Shown: positions 1 to 10,332, numbered from the stretch's first letter. The stretch: DNA of 64,000 nt from an uncultured Fidelibacterota bacterium (GCA_902578385.1 CACHCR010000001.1:146371-210370), one strand, 5' to 3'. Translations and numbers: made by a program. Notes: generated by a model not told the origin, from the sequence alone.

Positions 1-1542
1 AGTTTTATTTTTTTTCACCACATATTCTTTTTGTGATAATTTTTCAATAATAGCAGAGTAGGTAGAGGGCCTTCCAATTCCTCTCGTTTCCATTTCCTTT
101 ACTAACATAGCTTCAGAAAATCTTCTGGGTGGAGATGTTGATTTTTCTTCAATTAATACTTCTTTGCTTTCAATTTTCGATTGTTTATCTAAAGCCGGCA
201 GGCTATCAGGTCTACCTTTATCTTTTCTAGTCAAAGCTTGCTCATAAGCTAAAGTATAACCTTTAAACACTGTAACATTCCCACTTGCTTTAAAGATAGA
301 TATTCCATTGTGAATTTCAACGTTTGTTCGAATATATTGCGCTGGTTTCATTTGAGAAGCAACTGTTCTATTTAAAATTAGTTCATAAAGTTTTGCTTCA
401 TCAGCACCAATTTTTTGAACATCTTCAACTTTCCTGAATGTTGTACCTGCTGGGCGAATAGCTTCATGAGCTTCCTGGGCATTGGCAACTTTATTTTTAT
501 AGATATTCGTTTTTTCTGATAAAAAATCATTCCCAAAACTGCTTTCTATAAATTTTCTAGAAGCATTCAATGCTTCAGATGAAAGAAGAGTAGAGTCAGT
601 TCTCATATAAGTAATAAATCCCTGTTCATAGAGTTTCTGTGCAACAACCATTGTTCTTTTTGGAGAAAACCCGAATCTTCTTGAAGCATCTTGTTGCAAT
701 GTGCTTGTGGTAAATGGCGGTGCTGGTGAGCTAGAGGTTGGTTTACTTTCAATATTATTAATTAGCCAATCATTAGCATCGCACTCTTCTTTAATTTTTT
801 TTGCTAATTTTTGATCAACTTGAATAATATTATTATCTTTTAATCCAACATCAAATTTTCCAAAGTCGTCGCTCTTAGCAACTGGTTTTCCGTCATAAGA
901 AATTAATGATGCCTTAAAAATTTCACCGCTTTTATCATCTAAAATACTTGCATCAATTGAATAAAATTTATTTTCTATAAACTTATTTCTAAGCTTTTCA
1001 CGATCAACCAATAGTTTTAGAGCAACTGACTGAACACGACCGGCTGATAAACCCTTATTTTTTAAAGATCTCAATGTTTTCCAAAGTACTGGAGAAAATG
1101 AGAATCCAACTATACGGTCAATAGCTCTTCTGGCACGTTGAGCGTCTACTAAATCATAATTTATTTTTCGAGAATTACTTACAGCTTCTAAGACTGCTTG
1201 CTTTGTTATTTCAGTGAATTCAACTCTTTCAATATCTCCTTTGATTTCAGATGCGATATCCGCTGCAATTGCTTCACCTTCACGGTCGGGGTCTGTAGCA
1301 ATTAAAATACGATCAGCTATTTTAACCTCCTTTTTTAATTGAGATAGAAATTTTTTTTTCTCAGGCATGCTCTCTATTTGCATTGCAAAATCATTATCAA
1401 TATCTATTCCCATATCTTTTTTTGGGAGATCTTTAAAATGACCTACACTAGCAATCACTGACGCATTGTCTACATATTTTGATATTGTTTTGGTCTTTGA
1501 CGGAGACTCAACAATAATTAATAGTTTTTCATTTTTTGACAT
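1..1542 (-). CDS. topA: DNA topoisomerase I, N-terminal part (C-terminus lies outside the window)
   Basis: Own translation of the minus strand from ATG at 1542..1540 gives MSKNEKLLIIVESPSKTKTISKY... (TOPRIM ESPSK motif). Further in it reads ...ILIATDPDREGEAIAA..., a type IA topoisomerase signature. The frame stays open to base 1, so it is absent from the ORF track. Confidence 0.85.
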   Translation of the reverse strand, partial: MSKNEKLLIIVESPSKTKTISKYVDNASVIASVGHFKDLPKKDMGIDIDNDFAMQIESMPEKKKFLSQLKKEVKIADRILIATDPDREGEAIAADIASEIKGDIERVEFTEITKQAVLEAVSNSRKINYDLVDAQRARRAIDRIVGFSFSPVLWKTLRSLKNKGLSAGRVQSVALKLLVDREKLRNKFIENKFYSIDASILDDKSGEIFKASLISYDGKPVAKSDDFGKFDVGLKDNNIIQVDQKLAKKIKEECDANDWLINNIESKPTSSSPAPPFTTSTLQQDASRRFGFSPKRTMVVAQKLYEQGFITYMRTDSTLLSSEALNASRKFIESSFGNDFLSEKTNIYKNKVANAQEAHEAIRPAGTTFRKVEDVQKIGADEAKLYELILNRTVASQMKPAQYIRTNVEIHNGISIFKASGNVTVFKGYTLAYEQALTRKDKGRPDSLPALDKQSKIESKEVLIEEKSTSPPRRFSEAMLVKEMETRGIGRPSTYSAIIEKLSQKEYVVKKNKT

Positions 1543-1583
1543 ATTGGTTGGCAACTTACGCACATCGATTAGTATTTGTCAAA

Positions 1584-1611
1584 AATTTATATTTATATAT
1601 AAATATAAATT
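1584..1611. repeat. 28-bp perfect all-A/T palindrome (aatttatatttatatataaatataaatt) between the hisS stop and the topA start
   Basis: Read directly from the sequence; the two halves are exact reverse complements. Confidence 0.8.
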
Positions 1612-1617
1612 ATTGGT

Positions 1618-2841
1618 TTATGATTTTATGAATTTTTTTAGATCTGTGATATTATTTATAACACATTCTTCTTTTGAACTAAGGTTTTTTAGCTCAATTA
1701 ATTCATTACATCTTAAGTAGAAACTAGCATTCATCTTAATTGCATTTTTTAACTGATTTTTTTCAGATTTTTTTAATGTATCTATGTGGATAGAATAACC
1801 CTCATCAATTAACTGATTTGCAATCCTGATTGCCTTTTCAGCATGAGAATCAAAACCGATGAAAAAGTCTATTTCTTCATTTTTATCATGCATTGATGAT
1901 TCAATTAAGAGCCTTTCAATTCCTGCAGCAAAGCCGACAGCTGGAGTTGATGGTCCTCCCATACTCTCCACTAGATAGTCATATCTTCCACCGCCAAGTA
2001 GAGCATTTTGTGATCTTGATGACATATTTGAAATTTCGAATGTAGTTCCATTATAGTAATCAAGACCTCTCACTAGATGACCACTCTCTTTATAAGAAAT
2101 CTCTAATGCATCTAAGTGTGATAAAAGTGTTTTAAAATTATTTAGCTCATCTTTTGTTAGAAATTCATTAATCAATGGAGCATTTTTAATAATTTCTAAA
2201 TCTTCCTTTTCTTTACTGTCAAGAATGCGTAAAGAATTATTTTCTAATCTATTTTGAGATAATTTTGATAGTTTAGATTTGTAATCAGAAAAGTACCCAT
2301 TCAATTTTTCTTCATATTTTTTTCTAGTTTCATGATTACCAATATTATTTATTTGAAGAGTTGTATTAGTAATGCCCAAATGACATAATACTTTTGTAGC
2401 TAATAGGATTACCTCGACATCTTGTTCAACCTCTGAAGATCCTAATGCCTCTATTCCAAACTGATGAAATTGTCTTTGTCTACCTTTTTGCGGTTTTTCC
2501 CTTCTAAATAAAGCGTCAATATAAAATAGTTTACATAAAGGTTTACTTCTGAAAAACCCTGATTCAATATACGCTCTAACAACTGGAGCAGTCATTTCAG
2601 GTTTTAAAACTAATTGATTACTTGAAGAATCTTCCCAAGAAAACATTTCTTTTGAAACATCAGTTTCATATCCAATATTTTGCTTAAATAAATCAATATT
2701 TTCAATTATTGGAGTTTTAATTTCTTCATATCCAAATTGACTACTTATTGATTGAAGAATTGAAATAGCTTCATTCCATTTTTTACTTTCTGGTGGAAGT
2801 ATATCATAAGTTCCTTTAATTTTCTGGAATTTTGATTTCAT
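1618..2841 (-). CDS. hisS: Histidine--tRNA ligase
   Basis: 407 aa. The N-terminus KGTYDILPPES..W and LKPEMTAPVVRAY, plus the class II aaRS motif layout, are typical of HisRS. Confidence 0.9.
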   Translation of the reverse strand: MKSKFQKIKGTYDILPPESKKWNEAISILQSISSQFGYEEIKTPIIENIDLFKQNIGYETDVSKEMFSWEDSSSNQLVLKPEMTAPVVRAYIESGFFRSKPLCKLFYIDALFRREKPQKGRQRQFHQFGIEALGSSEVEQDVEVILLATKVLCHLGITNTTLQINNIGNHETRKKYEEKLNGYFSDYKSKLSKLSQNRLENNSLRILDSKEKEDLEIIKNAPLINEFLTKDELNNFKTLLSHLDALEISYKESGHLVRGLDYYNGTTFEISNMSSRSQNALLGGGRYDYLVESMGGPSTPAVGFAAGIERLLIESSMHDKNEEIDFFIGFDSHAEKAIRIANQLIDEGYSIHIDTLKKSEKNQLKNAIKMNASFYLRCNELIELKNLSSKEECVINNITDLKKFIKS

Positions 2842-2876
2842 AAAACAACTTTAATAATTTTTTTAAGTAATAACAC

Positions 2877-5800
2877 CTAAAAACTTGGCCTAGTAGTATA
2901 GATTCCAGTTTTTTGTTCAACTTTAAGATCTTGTAGAATATCTGATTTTAAGTTTAATCTAAAATATAGTCCTCTAGCATATCCATTAGGAGTCCAATCA
3001 ACAAATAATTCCCAACAATCAATTTCTCGATAAAGTGTCAAATTGTGACGAACAATATTATTATCTATAAGATTAAATCTAGCATTATAGTTTAATTTCC
3101 AATTATTTGTAACATTTATACTTGTATTAGAATTAAGCCAAAAGTTCTCAATTTTATTTCCTGGATTAATTTTGTTTACCGTATAACTTAATCCTATCCT
3201 GCTTTGCCAAACATTCGATGAAAAATCATTTAGGAAATTTTTTGTTTCTTCAGATAATTCATTTTCGGTTTGAGTCTCTTTATTTTTACCCTTTAACCTA
3301 AAATTTGTTGAAAGCCTAATACCAGTAAGCCTTGGGATTGATCGAAGTTCATTCATTCTTATATTTTCTTCTTTGTCAAACTCATAAAAATCATGAGTAA
3401 AATTCATATCAATATTTGTTCCGTTTTTTAGGCTACTTCTTAAAGAAGTACTTAAATTAGATAGCTTGAATTCTTCCTTGTTCACATCATATCCAGTATT
3501 CATACGCAATGAAAAAAGATCGATTTTCTCTTCATCATCATTTTTATTTCTTTTTGCTTGGAATACATTTCCGAGTGATAAATTAATTTTTTTACTACCT
3601 GTCCTTGGCGTCGATCCAAGAAGAGTCCCAGAGAAATAATCATAGTATTCATCATTAAATTCTTGAAAATAATTATCATTTTTTAGATAATCTGGAGAAA
3701 ATGAAAATCCAATCCTTGGCGTCATTACGTGTCTTATAGATTGAAAACTTCCAATTTTAAATGGTAAAATACCATACACTTTGGTAGATATTGATAAAGC
3801 TAAATTTGAAGTAGTTCTATTTTTAAAACGATCAATTGTATTCAATTCTACTTCATTCTGTTCATTAATAGATGCTTCCTGAAATCTGTTTACAAAGTCA
3901 GAACTAATATTAATATTTGGGTTAATTGCTACATACTTAAAAACAGTAAATGGAGCATTAATGCTAAACTTATTTCTTAACATCATATCGCTTTGATTAA
4001 AAGTAATAGCATTTCCATCATCATCTTGTTCCCATTGAAGGCTACTTATTCCTTCTTCGTCAATTAATTCTTGAACACGATAATAGTTTTTAGAATTATT
4101 TAAAATTCTTGAATTAAAATCCCATTGAATATTATTTAAAAAAGATTCGTTTGAGTTACGAAATAAGCTTCTTCTTCCAACTCGAAAATTTAAGGATGGA
4201 AGTGTGCTTGTGTTCTCCGTGATTGAGGAAGAAAGACTAGTAGGGTTTTGATAAAAGGAAGATGAGCTACTGACTTTATTTTTAGACATCAAATCCTGTT
4301 TATTGGATACATTTACACTTATTGAAAGATTTTTATCTTTCCACCTTTTAGAATATGTAGCATTAGAAATTGCTTGCTGATTTAATCTTTTAATTGGATC
4401 AATGCTAGTCTCACGATTGTATTCGCCATTACTGTAATAGCTTACATTTGATCTCAATGTTTGGTCATTTCTAAGAATTTGATTATGATTCCAATTTAAA
4501 GAAAAATCTGTCTTATTATTTTCGTTTAGTTTTGCAATATCTTGTTCCGTTGAGCTTAAATGTTTTCGAATTTCAAAGTTAAAACCTCCACTAAATTTGT
4601 AACGATTTTTATATTGGTTTTTGGACTTTAGAATCAATCCCTGTCTATCAGCAAATATGATTGAATTTTCTGATCCAAAATAATCACTTGGAGCAAAATA
4701 GTAGCCTAAGCCATCTAAGTAATTACCTCTATTATCCGAGGAACCAAATGATGGCATAATCCAACCAGATTTTCGTTCTTTGTTTGAATGGGGGAAAATT
4801 GCTTTTGGAATACCAAAAATAGGAACTCCACCAACTACAATACTCAAAGGTTTAAGAATGATTTTATCTCCATAAATTATTTTAGCCTGTTTGCTCCCTA
4901 TGTAAAACTTTGCGGGATCGCATGAAGTAAATATGCAATCATCAATGTAAAATGTACTATCAGAAACTGTAGTAATTTGTGATCCGGTGTACATATTATT
5001 TTGTACTTTTGTTGTACCTGCAATTACTTTACCTTTTCTAGATTTAATGTTGTAAACCATAGATTTACCTGAAACAGGTTCCCGACCTTTTTCTATTAAA
5101 GTAGGTTCAAGATTTTCTTCTTTATTATAGATATTATTTTCAAATGCTTCGAGAATATTGCTTTTCCAATCAATATTAATTTGTGCAGCTGATAAATCCA
5201 TTCCAGTCTGGATTATATTAGCGTTACCATACATTTTAGAAGATCTTGAATTTGTATCAAATTCAACTCTTGCTCCTTTATAATTAACTTTTTCTTGTCC
5301 TGATGTATTTGAAGAAGACGGAATAAATTGACCAATAACACCACCAGTTGAAACTAGTTCAGTAGCATTATTATCAATTAGTTTTAAGATTATTTTATCT
5401 CCCGATATTTCATTTGTGCCTTGATATAATGAATCTTCGTATAAGTGAATAAAACTTGAAGCCATTCCAATTAATTCAATTTCAGATACATCACTTTCAT
5501 CAATTTTTAAGTCTATAACTTGCGCTTTTAGAATATCTTGATTGGCAATGAATTGATTTTGATTATTTACGTCTTTTTCATATCCAGAATTTTCTGAAAA
5601 AATGATACCATTTTCTAAAACTTTAAATGATTCAATTTGATTTTCTTTAAAAAATATTTCAATCAAATCTCCCTCAACCGTTTGATTTTTACTTAAGAGC
5701 TTTCCGTTTTCTAATAATTTAATTTTTCCATCAATATTATTTATCAGTCCTTTATCAGCAGTTATTAGTTGATTTTCATTTTTAATAGTAACTGATCCGA

Positions 5801-6137
5801 AAAGTTCTATTTGGTCTTTCTCAGTATCAAAGAACAGTGAATCACAAAATACAGTTTTATTTTTATCATTTACCTTAACATCGTCATATAATTTTACTAG
5901 GCTATTTTTATTAGATTGAATGGCTTTATTGCCATAGAGAAAAGTATCCCCTTTTTGGAAAATTATATTGCCACTTAGAATGGTAGTAGTTTCACTATTT
6001 AGTTCTTTTGAGGATAATGAATCTGCTTGCTTCAGCTCAAGCTTGTCTTGAGATAAAACAAAATTAAGTAAAAAAAATAAAACACATACTTTTTTAATCA
6101 CATTACTATTAACGTTTTTTGTTGATTTATGTTTCAT
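2877..6137 (-). CDS. LptD/OstA-family outer-membrane protein (large FCB-type LPS-assembly protein homolog)
   Basis: Long ORF. I prefer the start at M22 (MKHKSTKN..., ATG 6137), followed by the signal peptide ...FFLLNFVLS/QDK. The N-terminal region has repeated OstA-like beta-jellyroll segments and the C-terminus is beta-rich and ends in an aromatic residue (..TRPSF). The family assignment comes from pattern recall, not a search. Confidence 0.55.
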   Translation of the reverse strand: MKHKSTKNVNSNVIKKVCVLFFLLNFVLSQDKLELKQADSLSSKELNSETTTILSGNIIFQKGDTFLYGNKAIQSNKNSLVKLYDDVKVNDKNKTVFCDSLFFDTEKDQIELFGSVTIKNENQLITADKGLINNIDGKIKLLENGKLLSKNQTVEGDLIEIFFKENQIESFKVLENGIIFSENSGYEKDVNNQNQFIANQDILKAQVIDLKIDESDVSEIELIGMASSFIHLYEDSLYQGTNEISGDKIILKLIDNNATELVSTGGVIGQFIPSSSNTSGQEKVNYKGARVEFDTNSRSSKMYGNANIIQTGMDLSAAQINIDWKSNILEAFENNIYNKEENLEPTLIEKGREPVSGKSMVYNIKSRKGKVIAGTTKVQNNMYTGSQITTVSDSTFYIDDCIFTSCDPAKFYIGSKQAKIIYGDKIILKPLSIVVGGVPIFGIPKAIFPHSNKERKSGWIMPSFGSSDNRGNYLDGLGYYFAPSDYFGSENSIIFADRQGLILKSKNQYKNRYKFSGGFNFEIRKHLSSTEQDIAKLNENNKTDFSLNWNHNQILRNDQTLRSNVSYYSNGEYNRETSIDPIKRLNQQAISNATYSKRWKDKNLSISVNVSNKQDLMSKNKVSSSSSFYQNPTSLSSSITENTSTLPSLNFRVGRRSLFRNSNESFLNNIQWDFNSRILNNSKNYYRVQELIDEEGISSLQWEQDDDGNAITFNQSDMMLRNKFSINAPFTVFKYVAINPNINISSDFVNRFQEASINEQNEVELNTIDRFKNRTTSNLALSISTKVYGILPFKIGSFQSIRHVMTPRIGFSFSPDYLKNDNYFQEFNDEYYDYFSGTLLGSTPRTGSKKINLSLGNVFQAKRNKNDDEEKIDLFSLRMNTGYDVNKEEFKLSNLSTSLRSSLKNGTNIDMNFTHDFYEFDKEENIRMNELRSIPRLTGIRLSTNFRLKGKNKETQTENELSEETKNFLNDFSSNVWQSRIGLSYTVNKINPGNKIENFWLNSNTSINVTNNWKLNYNARFNLIDNNIVRHNLTLYREIDCWELFVDWTPNGYARGLYFRLNLKSDILQDLKVEQKTGIYTTRPSF

Positions 6138-6174
6138 CTTTGTAAAGTAGAAATGTAATGTATAAATTGATATA

Positions 6175-6486
6175 ATGTTAGAAAATCTGTTAAATAGCAT
6201 TTCAGATAATCCAGCTTACCTTGCTGTAGCGATTGTTTTAATTACAATGATTACTTTTAGTGTCATTAAAAAACTATTTAAAATTGTTACACTTGGTATC
6301 ACATTATTTATTTTATATTGTGCTTACTTGTTGTTTACAAATCAACCATTGCCCAATATGGATGAACTAAAAGTACAGCTTGAAAATAGTGAGGAAAAAA
6401 TAAGTGATGTTATTGAGGACTCAGTCTTAGATCCTTTAAAAGAAAAAACAGAAACTATTAAAAATAATTTAGACGCCTTACAATAA
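6175..6486 (+). CDS. Small membrane protein, unknown function
   Basis: 103 aa with two hydrophobic helices followed by an acidic tail. It is tightly followed by the SDR gene. Confidence 0.45.
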   Translation: MLENLLNSISDNPAYLAVAIVLITMITFSVIKKLFKIVTLGITLFILYCAYLLFTNQPLPNMDELKVQLENSEEKISDVIEDSVLDPLKEKTETIKNNLDALQ

Positions 6487-6502
6487 AAGGGGAGAAATAA
6501 AT

Positions 6503-7351
6503 ATGTTTGAAAATAATCTATTAGAAAACAAAACTATTATAATAACTGGTGGAGGAACTGGTTTAGGTAAAAGCATGGCCAGAAGATTTGGTGAACTAGG
6601 CGCCAATTTGGTTATTAGCGGAAGACGAAAAGAGGTCCTTGAAGAGACTGCTCATGAATTTTCGGGGAAAAATATTGATGTATTAACATGTCCTGGAGAC
6701 GTAAGAAAAGTAGAAGATGTTGAGGATATGTTAAAACAAACTTTAGATAAGTTTGGTAAGGTAGATGCATTATTAAATAATGCTGCAGGTAATTTTATTT
6801 CACCAACAGAGATGCTGAGTCAAAACGCTTTTAAAGCGGTTATAGATATTGTTTTGATGGGAACATGGAACTGTACTAGCGTGATTGGCAAAGAAATGAT
6901 TAGTAATAAAAAAGGTAATATCTTAAGTATTGTAACCACATATGCTTGGACGGGATCACCATTTGTTGTTCCTTCTGCTGCTGCAAAGGCTGGCGTATTA
7001 GCAATGACAAGATCCTTGGCAGTTGAATGGGGTAAACACAATATCCGATTTAATGCTATTGCTCCTGGACCTTTTCCAACTAAAGGAGCATGGTCTAGAT
7101 TAATGCCTCCAGGATTTGAAGACTTTGAAGATACCATGAAAAATAAAATTCCTATGAAGAGATTTGGTGAAAGACATGAATTAGAAAATTTAGCATCTTA
7201 TCTAATGAGTGATGGCTCTGCTTATATAAATGGTGAAGTGATTACTATTGATGGTGGTGAATGGTTGGCTGGTGCAGGTGAGTTTTCTGATTTAACAAAA
7301 TTACCTGATTCAATGTGGAAAGCAATGGCTGAAAGAAGAAAGAAAAAATGA
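6503..7351 (+). CDS. SDR-family oxidoreductase, 2,4-dienoyl-CoA reductase-like
   Basis: Rossmann motif ITGGGTGLGK, an NNAAG motif, and the SDR fold pattern. A GGAG-type RBS (aaaggggag) lies upstream. Confidence 0.8.
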   Translation: MFENNLLENKTIIITGGGTGLGKSMARRFGELGANLVISGRRKEVLEETAHEFSGKNIDVLTCPGDVRKVEDVEDMLKQTLDKFGKVDALLNNAAGNFISPTEMLSQNAFKAVIDIVLMGTWNCTSVIGKEMISNKKGNILSIVTTYAWTGSPFVVPSAAAKAGVLAMTRSLAVEWGKHNIRFNAIAPGPFPTKGAWSRLMPPGFEDFEDTMKNKIPMKRFGERHELENLASYLMSDGSAYINGEVITIDGGEWLAGAGEFSDLTKLPDSMWKAMAERRKKK

Positions 7352-8104
7352 ATGTTTAGGTTAAATAAAAAAACTGCTATTGTTTCTGGAGGTTCAAAGG
7401 GTATAGGTAAGGCTATTGCTTTAAAATATGCCCAAGCAGGTGCAGATGTTGTCATTTGTAGTAGAAGAAAAGAAAATTTAGAAGCCGCTGTGATCGAGGC
7501 AGAATCCAATGGTTTTTCTTTGATTCCTTTTGAGTGCAATACAAGTAATTTTGATTCTATTCAATCAGTAGTTGATCTTACAATGGATAAGTTTGGCAAA
7601 GTTGATATTCTAGTAAACAATGCAGCAACGAATCCTTATTATGGACCAATTTTAAATTCTGAAGATTCTCATTGGGATAAAATATTTGATGTAAATGTAA
7701 AGGGATATTTTAACTTTGCAAAAGCCTGTAGTATTTCTATGATTAAAAATAACTACGGAAAGATAATTAATGTAGCATCTATTGCAGCTAAAACACCGCT
7801 TGAAGGATTAGGAGTTTATAATATTAGTAAAGCTGCTGTGGTGATGCTTACAAAAGTATTAGCTAAAGAACTCGGACAGCATAATATTCAAATAAATACA
7901 TTAGCTCCTGGATTAATCAAAACTGACTTTAGTAAGGCATTATGGGAAGATGAGGATACTTATAATAAAATTGTTAAATCTATTCCACAGGGGAAAATGG
8001 GAACTCCTGAAGATATTTCAGGAATGGCACTTTACTTAGCATCAGATGCATCTGATTTTATAACAGGCTCAATCTTTACTGTTGATGGTGGAATCACTAC
8101 TTGA
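7352..8104 (+). CDS. SDR-family oxidoreductase (3-oxoacyl-ACP reductase-like)
   Basis: VSGGSKGIGKAIA, NNAA, and YNISKAAV (catalytic YxxxK). The start abuts the previous stop (tgaATG). Confidence 0.8.
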   Translation: MFRLNKKTAIVSGGSKGIGKAIALKYAQAGADVVICSRRKENLEAAVIEAESNGFSLIPFECNTSNFDSIQSVVDLTMDKFGKVDILVNNAATNPYYGPILNSEDSHWDKIFDVNVKGYFNFAKACSISMIKNNYGKIINVASIAAKTPLEGLGVYNISKAAVVMLTKVLAKELGQHNIQINTLAPGLIKTDFSKALWEDEDTYNKIVKSIPQGKMGTPEDISGMALYLASDASDFITGSIFTVDGGITT

Positions 8105-8108
8105 AAGT

Positions 8109-8753
8109 CTATTGAATAATCCATTTAGATAAAGATTCAATATTAGAAAATGTTTTAGATCCTGTGGCAGCTAACCTTTCCATACTATTATGGCCGTTAT
8201 ATACCAGACCACAATCAATATTTAGTGCATTAGAAACAGAGTAGTCTAACATGCTATCTCCGATAATAATCGTTTCTTTTTTTGAAATATCAACTGAAGA
8301 TAATAATTCCTTGCCTTCAAATTCTTTCCCAAATCCAGACGGAGTATTACTTAGTCCTACAATATTATCTAAATAAATATCTAAACCAAAAAACTTAACT
8401 TGCTCATCTAACTTAGCTTGCATCGTTGCAGATAATATACTTTGGGTTATTCCTTTACTATTCAATTTTTTAATTGTTGAAAATGCATGAGGTTGGAGTG
8501 CTAATTTTTTGAAATTTTTTTCAAAACCATCATGAAACTCCTTATTGGTAATTTCAAAAGCTTCATTTGAAAAGTCAAAACCAACTGATTCATAAAAAGT
8601 TTTGATAGGAAATAAAAACTTTTTCCTATAATCATCTATTGAAATTTTTTCTAACCCTCTTTTGTCTAAAGAGTTATTAAGCATTTTAACACAGAGCGCT
8701 GTGTCATTCAACAAAGTTCCATTCCAATCCCAAATTATGTGCTTATATTTCAT
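8109..8753 (-). CDS. HAD-superfamily hydrolase (phosphoglycolate phosphatase-like)
   Basis: HAD motif I variant IIWDWNGTLLND and motif IV GDSMLD. I prefer the ATG at 8753 (MKYKHII...) over the TTG at 8771 used by the ORF track. Confidence 0.7.
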   Translation of the reverse strand: MKYKHIIWDWNGTLLNDTALCVKMLNNSLDKRGLEKISIDDYRKKFLFPIKTFYESVGFDFSNEAFEITNKEFHDGFEKNFKKLALQPHAFSTIKKLNSKGITQSILSATMQAKLDEQVKFFGLDIYLDNIVGLSNTPSGFGKEFEGKELLSSVDISKKETIIIGDSMLDYSVSNALNIDCGLVYNGHNSMERLAATGSKTFSNIESLSKWIIQ

Positions 8754-9402
8754 GGATTTGAAAGTAGACAAAATAATTACATTAATAAAGGAAAGAGTTG
8801 CTGATAAAGCTCAGCTACCAGGTTGGAACAGTCATAAAAAAATGGCTGTAATTCCCATCAATATTATAACTGAGAAAGCATTCATTGCTCCTAAAGATGC
8901 TAAACAAGCTAGTGTAAGTATCATTCTATTTGAAGAAAACGCAAAATTATTTTTTATTTTAACTAAAAGAACAAGCAATGTTGAACATCACAAAGGTCAA
9001 GTTTCTTTACCCGGTGGAGCAATTGATAACAACGAATCGGCATTAGATGCATCAACAAGAGAAGCTCAAGAAGAGATTGGCGTAGATCCATCAACTTTAA
9101 AATTTTTAGGAAATTTAACGAGCTTGTATACACCGGTATCACATTTTAACATTCATACTTTCTTATGGCATTCAAAAAACAAACCAAAAATTGAAATAAA
9201 TAAGAACGAAGTCGAAGAAGTTTATCTAATTAGTTTTAATGAATTAATTAATAATGATTTGGTATCTCATACTCCAATTTATAAATCTGGAATGAAAATA
9301 AATGTTCCTGCTTACCATTTTAATGAATGCATTTGCTGGGGGGCAACTGCTATGATTCTAACTGAACTAAAAGACTTGTTAAATGAAGTATCAAACAGGT
9401 AA
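8752..9402 (+). CDS. NUDIX hydrolase, CoA pyrophosphatase-like
   Basis: Nudix box GGAIDNNESALDASTREAQEEIGV. I prefer the start at M31 (MDLKVDK..., ATG 8752), because the upstream part of the ORF is antisense to the HAD gene. Confidence 0.7.
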   Translation: MDLKVDKIITLIKERVADKAQLPGWNSHKKMAVIPINIITEKAFIAPKDAKQASVSIILFEENAKLFFILTKRTSNVEHHKGQVSLPGGAIDNNESALDASTREAQEEIGVDPSTLKFLGNLTSLYTPVSHFNIHTFLWHSKNKPKIEINKNEVEEVYLISFNELINNDLVSHTPIYKSGMKINVPAYHFNECICWGATAMILTELKDLLNEVSNR

Positions 9403-9405
9403 GAG

Positions 9406-10263
9406 TTAAGTAGTTTTAGAAGCTCTTTTCCAAAAATAAGTCACTAAACTAAGAGTTAGAAACCAGCTAATAAGTTCTGTTGAAGTCGGATTACCATTGT
9501 ATCCAAAGAATCCTTTAAACAGTTGTCCTATTGCACCTTTATCACTCAGTAATGGTTTTGGTGTACCGTTATTATCAATATTAAATCCAAAAACAGGACC
9601 CTTATCATTGACATTCCATACTTCCATTTGTTTCATTTCTTCCTTGGTATAGAAGGCTTCTTCAAATTCGTGAACACCATAAGCAACTAAGCCTGCACAT
9701 ACAAAAATTAAAAGAATAGATGTTACATTAAAAAATTGTTTTAAAGGCACCCTTTTACCTTGCACAAATATTGAATATCCAATCATAAGAGCTACCAATG
9801 ATCCAATAATAGATCCACTTATAGAAAGACCATCAGATTGAATGACAATAGCATACATAAATAGCACTACTTCTACACCTTCTCTAAAAATTGCAAAAAA
9901 GGTTAGGGCAAAAAGACCTAATGATACATTTTTATCTTTTTCGATAATATCGGAAGCTTCTTTTTCAAGGCTAGCAGCAACATTCTTATTTCTTCCCATC
10001 CAAATAATCATTGTAGAAAGAAGAAATGCAGCTATAAGCATTGTTGTTCCTTCAAATAGTGCTGCCTGCCTTCCCTCAAATCCACCATAAGCTATTTGAA
10101 ATATTACTGCGAATATTCCAGTAGCAATAAAGGAAGCAATTACTCCATTAATAATACTTTTCTTAAGGTGTTCTCTACCAGTTTTTACAATGAAGGTATA
10201 TAGAATTCCAACAACAAGAACTCCTTCAAGCACTTCTCTAAACATAATTAAAAATTCACTCAT
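9406..10263 (-). CDS. FTR1-family high-affinity iron permease
   Basis: Two REXXE-type motifs (FREVLEG and FREGVEV) in a polytopic membrane protein, the hallmark of the FTR1/EfeU family. Confidence 0.8.
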   Translation of the reverse strand: MSEFLIMFREVLEGVLVVGILYTFIVKTGREHLKKSIINGVIASFIATGIFAVIFQIAYGGFEGRQAALFEGTTMLIAAFLLSTMIIWMGRNKNVAASLEKEASDIIEKDKNVSLGLFALTFFAIFREGVEVVLFMYAIVIQSDGLSISGSIIGSLVALMIGYSIFVQGKRVPLKQFFNVTSILLIFVCAGLVAYGVHEFEEAFYTKEEMKQMEVWNVNDKGPVFGFNIDNNGTPKPLLSDKGAIGQLFKGFFGYNGNPTSTELISWFLTLSLVTYFWKRASKTT

Positions 10264-10274
10264 AATTTCCCCTT

Positions 10275-10332
10275 TTGAGATTTAGTCTCAATATTAGGAG
10301 TGTAATATATACAGAATTTTTAATTCATTCAA
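10275..10332 (-). promoter_or_regulatory. Candidate sigma70-like promoter (TTGAAT-17 nt-TATATT) followed by the 17-bp palindrome TTGAGActaaaTCTCAA, just upstream of the FTR1 gene
   Basis: Read on the minus strand: -35 at 10332..10327, -10 at 10309..10304, palindrome at 10291..10275. This is a motif match only. Confidence 0.3.

Noticed and set aside
1466-1720. 84-aa plus-strand ORF spanning the topA start, the intergenic palindrome and the hisS 3-prime end
   Set aside because: It is antisense to two well-supported genes, has low-complexity AT-driven composition, and has no RBS.
6820-7539. Two 105-aa minus-strand ORFs inside the SDR genes
   Set aside because: They are antisense shadows of confidently identified SDR coding sequences.
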